Shown here: positions 10,588 to 23,154 of the stretch, piece by piece
Layout of the letters: the number at the start of each line of letters is the position of its first letter
How positions within the stretch are numbered: position 1 is the first letter of the stretch
Source: Paracoccus suum
Lineage (GTDB): Bacteria > Pseudomonadota > Alphaproteobacteria > Rhodobacterales > Rhodobacteraceae
Reading direction: 5' to 3'
DNA: 32,000 nucleotides
Assembly (NCBI RefSeq): GCF_003324675.1
Contig: NZ_CP030918.1
Span: 2,190,001-2,222,000, forward strand
Translations under genes and position numbers: made by a program
Notes under the pieces: generated by a model
Seen by the model: the letters and a program-made list of their open reading frames with translations, nothing else
What the model was told of the DNA's origin: nothing
Database searches by the model: none

Positions 10588-10656
10588 GTACATTGCTTCA
10601 ACCCGATCTTAATGCGCCGATCGTATTTACGGATGGCAATACAATGGGATGCTGTC

Positions 10657-10944
10657 ATGTATGTCCGAAAGAACCGTGGCCCGCGGGCGGTGACCTTGCC
10701 CGATGGCCGCATCCTCAGCCTTGCTGACCTGCCGCCGCCCGACACTCGCTGGGTCGCCAGCCGCAAGGCGATCGTGGTCCACGCGGTCAGCCGCGGCCTG
10801 ATCGAGCGGATTGACGCGCTGTCACGCTATCAATTGACCGATGAGGAGTTTGATAGCTGGATTGATGCCGTGGCGCGTTTTGGAACGGGCGCCCTTAGGG
10901 TCACGGCAATACAAAAGTATCGGCAACCCAGGATTGAAGATTAG
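10657..10944 (+). CDS. sciP: DUF1153-family small protein, probable CtrA inhibitor SciP
   Basis: 95-aa product MYVRKNRGPRAVTLPDG...LPPPDTRWVASRKAIVVHAV..G......LSRYQLTDEEF..W....RFG..ALRVT..QKYR, which fits the DUF1153 pattern. The gene lies immediately upstream of ctrA, as described for Rhodobacter capsulatus. ATG 10657 chosen over the track start 10582. Confidence 0.7.
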   Translation: MYVRKNRGPRAVTLPDGRILSLADLPPPDTRWVASRKAIVVHAVSRGLIERIDALSRYQLTDEEFDSWIDAVARFGTGALRVTAIQKYRQPRIED

Positions 10945-10960
10945 AAATGTTTGCCTTCCG

Positions 10961-10976
10961 GTAACGTCCTGTTAAC
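10961..10976 (+). promoter_or_regulatory. CtrA-box-like site GTAA-N7-TTAAC (one mismatch to TTAA-N7-TTAAC) about 60 bp upstream of the ctrA start
   Basis: GTAA at 10961-10964, 7-nt spacer, TTAAC at 10972-10976. The consensus is quoted from the Caulobacter/Rhodobacter CtrA literature. No binding data are available. Confidence 0.3.
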
Positions 10977-11029
10977 CTTTCGGTGATACGAGTGTTACAC
11001 ACAACAAGAGCTTTGGAACGGAGGGCGTG

Positions 11030-11740
11030 TTGAGAATCCTTCTGGTTGAAGACGATCCCAGCACGGCGCGCAGCATCGAATTGATGCTGACCCACGCCAG
11101 TTACAACGTATACCGGACCGATATGGGCGAGGAGGGCATCGATCTTGCACGCCTCTATGATTACGATCTGATCCTTCTCGATCTCGACCTTCCAGACATG
11201 CACGGGATGGAGGTGCTGAGGCAGATCCGCCTCAGCCGGGTCGACACGCCGATCTTGATTCTGACCGGCTCGGACGACACCGAGAGCAAGCTCAAGGGCT
11301 TTGGCTTCGGTGCCGATGATTACATGACCAAGCCCTTCCACCGCGAGGAATTGGTCGCCCGCATCCAGGCCATCATCCGTCGTTCCAAGGGCCACAGCCA
11401 ATCGGTGATCCGCACCGGCCGCATGATCGTCAACCTGGACGCGCGCACGGCCGAGGTTGACGGCCGTCCGGTGAACCTGACGGGCAAGGAATACCAGATT
11501 CTCGAGCTGCTCAGCCTGCGCAAGGGCACCACGCTGACCAAGGAGATGTTCCTCAATCATCTCTACGGCGGGATGGATGAGCCGGAGCTGAAGATCATCG
11601 ACGTCTTCATCTGCAAGCTGCGCAAGAAGCTGGCCGAGGCGCTGGGCGGCGACAACCATATCGAGACGGTCTGGGGGCGCGGGTATGTGCTGCGCGAGCC
11701 AACGCCGCAACAGATCGAGCGCCTGGCCGTCGGCGCCTGA
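11030..11740 (+). CDS. ctrA: Cell-cycle response regulator CtrA (OmpR family)
   Basis: MRILLVEDD...[14 protein letters not shown] receiver domain and a winged-helix C-terminus [14 protein letters not shown]...[14 protein letters not shown], which is very characteristic of CtrA. GGAGGG at 11020-11025 is spaced correctly for TTG 11030. The track start GTG 11027 lies only 1-2 nt from that SD. Confidence 0.93.
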   Translation: MRILLVEDDPSTARSIELMLTHASYNVYRTDMGEEGIDLARLYDYDLILLDLDLPDMHGMEVLRQIRLSRVDTPILILTGSDDTESKLKGFGFGADDYMTKPFHREELVARIQAIIRRSKGHSQSVIRTGRMIVNLDARTAEVDGRPVNLTGKEYQILELLSLRKGTTLTKEMFLNHLYGGMDEPELKIIDVFICKLRKKLAEALGGDNHIETVWGRGYVLREPTPQQIERLAVGA

Positions 11741-11852
11741 CTCGCCCCCTTTGGTCGGCATGGCGGTGCCCGCGCTGGCACGGCTGGACATGCCGGCACA
11801 GGCACCGGTATCACCTTCGTCGCTGCCGGCATCTCCGTGCGGCGTCGGATGA

Positions 11853-16132
<4,280 letters not shown>

Positions 16133-16149
16133 CCCGTGTCCGGCACGAT

Positions 16150-16164
16150 GTTCTTAAAAAGTTC
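16150..16164 (+). promoter_or_regulatory. Exact match to the alphaproteobacterial LexA (SOS) operator GTTC-N7-GTTC
   Basis: GTTC TTAAAAA GTTC is read directly, 18 nt after the recG stop, in the only AT-rich patch of this region. An inverted one-mismatch copy, GAAC-N7-CAAC, lies at 16188-16202. Function is not tested. Confidence 0.45.
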
Positions 16165-16224
16165 TTTACGCGCGGCTGTGATCGTGAGAACAAAGTGGCA
16201 ACACTGTCGCCACAGGGAATCGCC

Positions 16225-16320
16225 ATGGACCGCCAAGCCCTCTCCGACCTCGTCAGCGTAACCGCGCTTTTCGGCGCCATGATTGCCCTGCTGTGGCTGC
16301 CCGCGCTAGTCCCGGCCTGA
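16225..16320 (+). CDS. Hypothetical 31-aa single-TM peptide (MDRQALSDLVSVTALFGAMIALLWLPALVPA), possibly SOS-regulated
   Basis: AGGGAA at 16214-16219 lies 5 nt before the ATG. The ORF has a short polar head followed by about 21 hydrophobic residues. It sits between a LexA-box match and a strong terminator. An in-frame GTG at 16195 would give 41 aa. I recognise no family, so this could be non-coding. Confidence 0.3.
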   Translation: MDRQALSDLVSVTALFGAMIALLWLPALVPA

Positions 16321-16402
16321 CTGTTCACTGCCCCGCGTTGCCCGGATGGTCCGCTCGCCTGTGGACCCGTCGACCGTCCCCTCGGTAGGTAATGCGCAAC
16401 TG

Positions 16403-16429
16403 GCCGGCCGCCTTGCGGCCGGCTTTTTT
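16403..16429 (+). terminator. Rho-independent terminator (plus-strand orientation)
   Basis: GCCGGCCGC CTT GCGGCCGGC forms a perfect 9-bp GC stem with a 3-nt loop, followed by TTTTTT at 16424-16429. The T-tract overlaps the stop codon of the convergent IscU-like gene. There is no T-tract on the minus strand. Confidence 0.8.
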
Positions 16430-16868
16430 ATGCGCGCGTCGCCGCATCCGCGATGGCCGCCAGCGTCGCGTCCCAGGCGAGCATGATCGAGGCGTGCCGG
16501 TTGGGGAAATCGCGCGCCGCTGCCAGCACCGCAAGATCGGCAAAGGCGCCCTCCGGTGCGGGCCCCCCGGCGAGCATCCCTGCCAGTGCAGCGCGTGCGG
16601 CTTGGACCTCGTCCAGAGTCGGGCCCGGCATGTGCTTGCCGAGCAGACCCGCCGAGGCTTGCCCCAGCGCGCAGGCCCGAACCTGCTGGGCAAATTGCGC
16701 GATCCTGCCGCCTTCCATCGCCACCTCGACCCGTACGGTGGAGCCGCATTGCGGCGAGCGACGCTCGGCCGCGCCCTCGGGGTTGTCGAGACGACCGAGA
16801 TGCTCGATGTCGGCCGCAAGCGCCAACAACTGCCGCGAATAGAGGGCCATCAGATCGGTGTCGGACAT
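16428..16868 (-). CDS. Iron-sulfur cluster assembly scaffold-like protein (IscU/NifU N-terminal family, degenerate)
   Basis: Aligns by eye to IscU: SPQCGSTVRVEV with APACGDVMKLQI, VRACALGQASAG with YGCGSAIASSS, and NRHASIMLAWDA with KIHCSILAEDA. Start ATG 16868 is preceded by GGGAGG. The track start 16973 would overlap hisI. Confidence 0.78.
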   Translation of the reverse strand: MSDTDLMALYSRQLLALAADIEHLGRLDNPEGAAERRSPQCGSTVRVEVAMEGGRIAQFAQQVRACALGQASAGLLGKHMPGPTLDEVQAARAALAGMLAGGPAPEGAFADLAVLAAARDFPNRHASIMLAWDATLAAIADAATRA

Positions 16869-17222
16869 TGCGCGAGCCTCCCTTGGCGGTAGATAGGGGC
16901 GAGCGAGCGAAAGGAAAACCATGTTCGATCCCATCACGCTGCGCTTTGATGCCCAAGGCTTGATCCCTGCCATCGCCCAGGACGCTAGGGACGGCGCGGT
17001 GCTGATGATGGCCTGGATGAATGCCGAGGCAGTGCAGAAAACGCTTGAGGAAGGACAGGTAACCTATTGGTCACGCTCAAGACAGGCCTTCTGGCGCAAG
17101 GGCGAAACCTCGGGCCATCGGCAGCGGTTGGTCGAGATGCGGGTCGATTGCGACCGGGACTGCCTGTTGCTGATGGTCGAACAGACCGGTCCGGCCTGCC
17201 ACACCAACCGCCGCAGCTGCTT

Positions 17223-18103
<881 letters not shown>

Positions 18104-18119
<16 letters not shown>

Positions 18120-19438
18120 TGGCTGAAATCCGTTTTCGCACGTTCGGTATAGGCCGGATAGCGGTCCTTGCGGCCGCGCCGGCCCGCGCGCGCCTCGATC
18201 GGGGGAAAGAGGCCAAAGTTCACATTCATCGGCTGGAAGGTCTTGGCCTCGGCGCCGCCGGTGATGTGATGCACCAACGCACCCATCGAGGTCGTTCCCG
18301 GCGGCGGGCCAAGATCGCGCCCCAACGCCTCGGCTGCGGCCATGCGCCCAGCAAGCAGGCCCATGGCGGCGCTCTCGACATAGCCCTCGACGCCGGTGAT
18401 CTGCCCGGCGAACCGCAGATGCGGGCGCGAGCGCAGGCGCATCCGTTCGTCCAGCAGGGTCGGGCTGTTCAGGAAGGTGTTGCGGTGGATTCCGCCGAGG
18501 CGCGCAAATCTGGCTGATTGCAGGCCGGGAATACTTTTGAAAACATCAGTTTGCGCGCCGTATTTCATTTTTGTCTGAAAGCCGACGATGTTGTAGAGCG
18601 TACCCAGCGCATTGTCGCGGCGCAACTGGACCACGGCATAGGGCTTTTCCTCCGGGCGATGCGCGTTGGTCAGCCCGACCGGTTTCATCGGGCCAAAGCG
18701 CAGCGTCTCGCGCCCCCGCTCGGCCATCACTTCGATCGGCAGGCAGCCATCGAAATAGCCAGCCGTCTCGCCCTCATGGAACTCGGTCTTTTCGGCGGCC
18801 AGCAGAGCGTCGATGAAGGCGTCATACTGGGTGCGGTCCATCGGGCAGTTGATATAGGCAGTTCGTTCCTCTTCGGTCTCTCCCTTGTCATAGCGCGACT
18901 GGCGCCAGGCGATGTCCATGTCGATCGTATCGGCATGCACGATCGGGGCGATGGCGTCGAAAAAGGCTAGTGCCTCGGCGCCGGTCTCGGCGGCGATGGC
19001 GCGGCCGAGGGCGTCCGAAGTCAGGGGACCTGTGGCGATGATCCAGTGGCCGTCCGCAGGCAGTCCAGTGATTTCGCCCGGGGCAAAGCTGACCAGCGGC
19101 TCGGCGCGCAGAGCCGCGGTGACCGAGGCCGAAAACGCGTCCCGGTCCACCGCGAGTGCGCCACCGGCGGGCAGGCGGTGGCGTTCCGCCATCGCCATGA
19201 TCAGACCGTCCGCGGCGCGCATTTCCCAGTGTAGCTGGCCGACGGCATTCATGACGTCATCATCGCTGCGAAAGCTGTTCGAGCAGACCATCTCGGCGCA
19301 ATCGCTGGTACGGTGGGCAAAGGTCGCGACAGCCGGGCGCATCTCATGGATCACGACCGGCACGCCCGCGCGGGCGATCTGCCAGGCGGCCTCCGATCCG
19401 GCAAGGCCGGCGCCGACGATATGGACGGGTTCGGTCAT
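18104..19438 (-). CDS. trmFO: Methylenetetrahydrofolate--tRNA-(uracil-5-)-methyltransferase TrmFO
   Basis: FAD-binding N-terminus [16 protein letters not shown] and Gid/TrmFO-type sequence throughout ([22 protein letters not shown]; [16 protein letters not shown]). Confidence 0.93.
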
Positions 19439-19465
19439 GGCGGGTCCGGATCACATTCTGGCATG

Positions 19466-19497
19466 AAAAAGGGGGCGCGGCCATAAGCCCCGCCCCC
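19466..19497 (-). terminator. Rho-independent terminator downstream of rplY
   Basis: On the minus strand GGGGGCG...CGCCCCC forms a 7-bp stem plus 2 further pairs after a bulge, followed by TTTTT (the plus-strand AAAAA at 19466-19470). It lies between the rplY stop (19519) and the trmFO start (19438). Confidence 0.7.
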
Positions 19498-19518
19498 TCG
19501 TGTCAGCAGGGGCGAGGC

Positions 19519-20160
19519 TCAGGCCTCGGCCGCCTCCGCTTCGCCTTCTTCGGCGGCAGCGGCGTCATCGGCATTGTCCGACGCGCGCAGGCCCGAGGGC
19601 GCCGCGATGTTGGCAATGACGAAGTTGCGCTCGATGGTCGGGCGCGCGCCGGCGGGCAGCGTCACGTCCGAGATGTGGATCGAATCGCCGATCTCGCGGC
19701 CGGTCAGATCGACGGTGATGTGATCGGGGATATCGGCCGCGGTCACCATCAGCTCGACCTCGGGGCGGACAACGACCAGCGTGCCGCCGCGCTTGAGGCC
19801 GGGCGCGGCCTCCTCGTTCTCGAAGTTCACGTGGATGAACAGGTTCACCCGCGTGTTGCGATGCACGCGCATGAAATCGATATGCGTCGGCAGGTCCTTG
19901 ACCACGTCGCGCTGGACGCCGCGGCAGACGACGCGCACGTCGTCCTGGCCCTCGACCTTCAGGTTCCACAGCGTGGACATGAAGCGGCCGGCGCGCAGTT
20001 TGGTCAGCAGCGGGTTGAATTCGAGGCTGATCGGCGAGGGGTCCTTGCCGTCACCGTAGACAATGCCGGGCACCTTGCCGTTGCGGCGAGCTTGACGGGC
20101 GGCCCCCTTGCCTGTCCCCGTCCGTGCCTCGGCCACCAGATCCGGGATCTCTTTGGCCAT
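19519..20160 (-). CDS. rplY: 50S ribosomal protein L25 / general stress protein Ctc
   Basis: L25/Ctc pattern: [25 protein letters not shown], then a beta-barrel, then an acidic Ala/Glu-rich tail. ATG 20160 (MAKEIPDL) is preceded by AAGGAA. The track start 20190 is upstream of that SD. Confidence 0.9.
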   Translation of the reverse strand: MAKEIPDLVAEARTGTGKGAARQARRNGKVPGIVYGDGKDPSPISLEFNPLLTKLRAGRFMSTLWNLKVEGQDDVRVVCRGVQRDVVKDLPTHIDFMRVHRNTRVNLFIHVNFENEEAAPGLKRGGTLVVVRPEVELMVTAADIPDHITVDLTGREIGDSIHISDVTLPAGARPTIERNFVIANIAAPSGLRASDNADDAAAAEEGEAEAAEA

Positions 20161-20332
20161 GATACGTTCCTTCGTTTGGATGATAGACATCGCCCCTCCT
20201 CCAAGGGTGCAGGCGGCGACGAAGCTGGGCGTTTAGCAGGCCGCACCGCGGACGGCAAACGGAATTCCGCCCCTCGCCGCCCTGCCTCGGCTGAGATAGT
20301 CAGGCGCGGCGATCACGTTGCGGGAAGATGTC

Positions 20333-21487
20333 ATGTCAGGGCTGCGCCGAGCGCTGCAGATCAGTCACCGGCCGGCCGCGGGCCTCGCCGCGTTGGGGGC
20401 GTTCTGGGGGGCCTATGCCGCCTGGCTGCCCGCGGTGAAGGCGCGGGCCGGATTCGAGGACGCGACCATGGGCATGGTGATGCTGGGCGCGGCGGTCGGC
20501 AATATCGCCGCGATGGCGGTCTATCCCGCCCTGGCGCGGCGGCTGGGTCCGCGCATGTTGCCGCTGACGGCGCTCGCGCTTTCGCTGGCCGCCCTGGCGC
20601 AACTGGCGGGCGCGGGCGGGCCGGTGGCGCTGTTTGCGGCATTTGCCGTCATGGGCGTTGCCATGGCCAGCATCGATGTCGCCTGCAACGTGCGGATCTC
20701 GGTCCTTGAGGCGCAGTATGGCGTCCCGCTGATGAACCTTGGCCACGGACTTTACTCGCTCGCCTTTGCCGTCTCGGCGGCGCTTGCCGGGGTGGCGCGC
20801 GCGGCGGGCGCGCCGCAGGCGGTGGTGGTTGGCGTCATCATGCTGCTGCTCCTGGGGGTGGCCGCGCATATGCGCGGTGACGGCGTTGCCGGACCCAGGG
20901 AATCGGCGGCGCTTGCCCCCACGCCGATGCCCTGGGCCGCAGTGCTGCCGGCCGCCCTGATCCTGATGGCCGCCTTCATGTCCGAGAACGCGACCGAGAC
21001 CTGGTCGGCCCTACATATCGAGCGCACGTTGGGCGGTCAGCCCGGCGAGGGGGCGTTCGGGCCGGCGATGATGGGACTGATGATGGCCATTGGTCGACTG
21101 TCGGGTCAGGCGGTGGCGGCGCGTCTGGGCGAGGCGCGGCTGGTCGCGATCTCGACCGTGATCGCCATGGCCGGCGCCATGATGCTGGCGGCCGCCCCCA
21201 GTCGCGAGATCGCAGTCGCCGGGGTCGCGCTGATCGGTATCGGCGTCGCGGTGGTCGTGCCTTCGGCCAATTCCCTCCTCGGCCGGCGGGTCGCGCCGCA
21301 GGATCGCCCGCGCGCCATCAGCCGCGCCTTCATGCTGGGCTTTACGGGTTTCTTCATCGGCCCGGTGGCGATGGGCTGGGTGTCGCAGGGCGGCGGCCTG
21401 CGTCTCGGGTTTGCCGCCGTGACCGGGGTGATGGCGCTGATCTTGCTGGGGTTGTGGGCGCTGCTGCGTCGTCCCGTTCTGGCTTAA
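20333..21487 (+). CDS. MFS-type transporter
   Basis: About 385 aa that are almost entirely hydrophobic, with 10-12 predicted helices and a central loop, as in MFS proteins. Substrate unknown. ATG 20333 preferred to TTG 20318. Confidence 0.7.
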   Translation: MSGLRRALQISHRPAAGLAALGAFWGAYAAWLPAVKARAGFEDATMGMVMLGAAVGNIAAMAVYPALARRLGPRMLPLTALALSLAALAQLAGAGGPVALFAAFAVMGVAMASIDVACNVRISVLEAQYGVPLMNLGHGLYSLAFAVSAALAGVARAAGAPQAVVVGVIMLLLLGVAAHMRGDGVAGPRESAALAPTPMPWAAVLPAALILMAAFMSENATETWSALHIERTLGGQPGEGAFGPAMMGLMMAIGRLSGQAVAARLGEARLVAISTVIAMAGAMMLAAAPSREIAVAGVALIGIGVAVVVPSANSLLGRRVAPQDRPRAISRAFMLGFTGFFIGPVAMGWVSQGGGLRLGFAAVTGVMALILLGLWALLRRPVLA

Positions 21488-21581
21488 AAACCAGCATGTT
21501 CCGCGAATAAGCCTTTGGCATTGCACCACTCCGGTGCAGGATCTGCGCGCCGTCCTTCCACTCCGTCGCGAGAGGTCCGTC

Positions 21582-23138
21582 ATGTCCGTCCCCATCTTCT
21601 CGGCCAGTGTCGATGCGGGCGTGCTGCGCCTTGCCGGCCATGCCGAGATTCATCCGCTGGTCATCTCGCGCTCGCCGTCCGGGGTGATCGCTCCAGTCTT
21701 TGGCCTCGGCGCCGAGGAGCTGGCCGGGGTCCGGATGGTTGACGGCAGTGGGCTTTTCCAGACCGCAATGCGGATTTACTGGGACGGACCGGGGGCCGTA
21801 ACCCTGATCGGTGGTGGGCGCGGTGACGTGATCTCGATCGAGGGGACGGACACCAGCGGCGCGCTGATCGAATCGGGGTTCGGCCCCGACATCGTGCGCG
21901 GGGGTGCGGGCAATGACATCATCCGCGGTCAGAATGGCAACGACGAGCTGGACGGCCGCGGCGGTGACGACCGGATCGAGGGCGGGGTCGGGGGCGATTC
22001 GCTGATCGGCGGCTATGGCCGCGACAGCCTCTTCGGCTTTGACGGCGATGACTGGCTGTGGGGCGATTTCAGCGTCCCCAGCCCCGCCGACGGCGGCCGC
22101 GACATGCTGAGCGGCGGGCGCGGCAACGACAACCTGTTCGGCGAGCGCGGCAACGACACCCTGTTCGGCGGTCCCGGCGACGATATGCTGTCGGGGGGTG
22201 CGGGTGCTGACCGCCTTGACGGAGGCGAAGGCTTCGACGGTGTGGATCTCGCGGCGAGGCGGCAGGATTTCCAGCTGACGCTGGAGGCGGACGGCTGGCA
22301 CGTCACCGACCTTCGCGATGGCAGCACCGATCGCCTGTCCGGGATCGAACGGGCCTATTTCACCGATGGTTTTGTCGATCTCACTGCGCCTCTGGTGGCG
22401 ATCCATAGCGACGGCCGGCTGACGGCAACCGGCATTGCAGCGCGCGCGCCCGGCGGCGATGCAAGCCTTCAGGTGCAGGTCAGCGACGCCAGCGGGGATT
22501 TCAGCGTAAGGGATGCCGACGGGAACTTGATCGGTGCGCAGGTCGAGGGCGGGTGGCCGATCAGGGTCCTCGATCTGGTCGGGGTCCAGAACGCGGGGGT
22601 TCAGGTCCAATGGGACAACACCACCGATTTGCTGGTGATCGGCAGCCATAATGACGATCTGATCGCGTTGGCTGGGCCGGCCACGGGCGAGGGGGTGCGC
22701 ACCCCGACAACGCGCACGGTCGGCTGGGGCGGCGATGACGTGATCCAGTCGGCCGGCAACAATGACGAGGCGGACGGCGGCCCCGGCAATGACCTGATCG
22801 ACGTCGCCCGGCCCAGCAATCTGGTCGGCGGCGGCTGGGACAAGGTCTGGGGCGGCACCGGGGACGATACCATCGTCCTTGACGGCTGGCAGAAGGACGT
22901 GATGCCGGCCGAGACGATTGACGGCGGCGCCGGCAGTGACCTGATCCTCGGTTATCCCGGCTTTGCCGACGATTTCGTTCTGATGGACATCGGCGCGCCG
23001 GGCGGCGACTGGCAGTTGGTCGACCGCGCCACCGACCACCGCATCACCTTGCGCGGAATCGAACTCATCGACCCGGACGGCGCCGGCGGCCTGCCGGCGC
23101 TCGCGCTGGAGGATTATGCCGCTGGTCTGGCTGTCTGA
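21582..23138 (+). CDS. RTX (hemolysin-type) calcium-binding repeat protein
   Basis: Two blocks of GGxGxDxUx nonapeptides. Block 1 is [38 protein letters not shown]...[38 protein letters not shown], at about nt 21900-22244. Block 2 is WGGDDVI...GGPGNDLI...GGTGDDTI...GGAGSDLI, at about nt 22725-22960. ATG 21582 is preceded by GAGAGG. No N-terminal signal peptide is evident. Confidence 0.8.
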   Translation: MSVPIFSASVDAGVLRLAGHAEIHPLVISRSPSGVIAPVFGLGAEELAGVRMVDGSGLFQTAMRIYWDGPGAVTLIGGGRGDVISIEGTDTSGALIESGFGPDIVRGGAGNDIIRGQNGNDELDGRGGDDRIEGGVGGDSLIGGYGRDSLFGFDGDDWLWGDFSVPSPADGGRDMLSGGRGNDNLFGERGNDTLFGGPGDDMLSGGAGADRLDGGEGFDGVDLAARRQDFQLTLEADGWHVTDLRDGSTDRLSGIERAYFTDGFVDLTAPLVAIHSDGRLTATGIAARAPGGDASLQVQVSDASGDFSVRDADGNLIGAQVEGGWPIRVLDLVGVQNAGVQVQWDNTTDLLVIGSHNDDLIALAGPATGEGVRTPTTRTVGWGGDDVIQSAGNNDEADGGPGNDLIDVARPSNLVGGGWDKVWGGTGDDTIVLDGWQKDVMPAETIDGGAGSDLILGYPGFADDFVLMDIGAPGGDWQLVDRATDHRITLRGIELIDPDGAGGLPALALEDYAAGLAV

Positions 23139-23154
23139 GGTCCGCCCTCAGACA
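23132..23154. terminator. 9-bp perfect hairpin spanning the 9-bp gap between the convergent RTX and lldD-like genes; both stop codons lie within the arms
   Basis: TGTCTGAGG tccgc CCTCAGACA. The RTX TGA is at 23136-23138 and the lldD-like stop (TCA on the plus strand) is at 23148-23150. Only a weak T-rich tail (TATT) follows on the plus strand. Confidence 0.4.

Noticed and set aside
10609-10623. Possible CtrA site upstream of sciP (TTAA at 10609-10612).
   Set aside because: The partner half-site at N7 is ATCG, so only a lone TTAA is present. That is not enough to call a site.
11756-11795. Nested inverted repeat after the ctrA stop: CGGCATG...CATGCCG enclosing GTGCC...GGCAC.
   Set aside because: The repeat is real, but it has a 26-nt interior and no U-tract. 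I cannot support a terminator or an sRNA call from sequence alone.
16154-16168. CtrA-box-like TTAA-N7-TTTA overlapping the AT-rich patch after recG.
   Set aside because: The second half-site is mismatched at N7 (TTAC only at N8). The same bases are explained better by the perfect GTTC-N7-GTTC LexA-type repeat.
21488-21581. Small hairpins after the MFS gene: TGCACC-actcc-GGTGCA at 21522-21538, and CTGG-cttaaaaa-CCAG at the stop.
   Set aside because: Stems are 4-6 bp with no T-tract. They are not distinguishable from chance.
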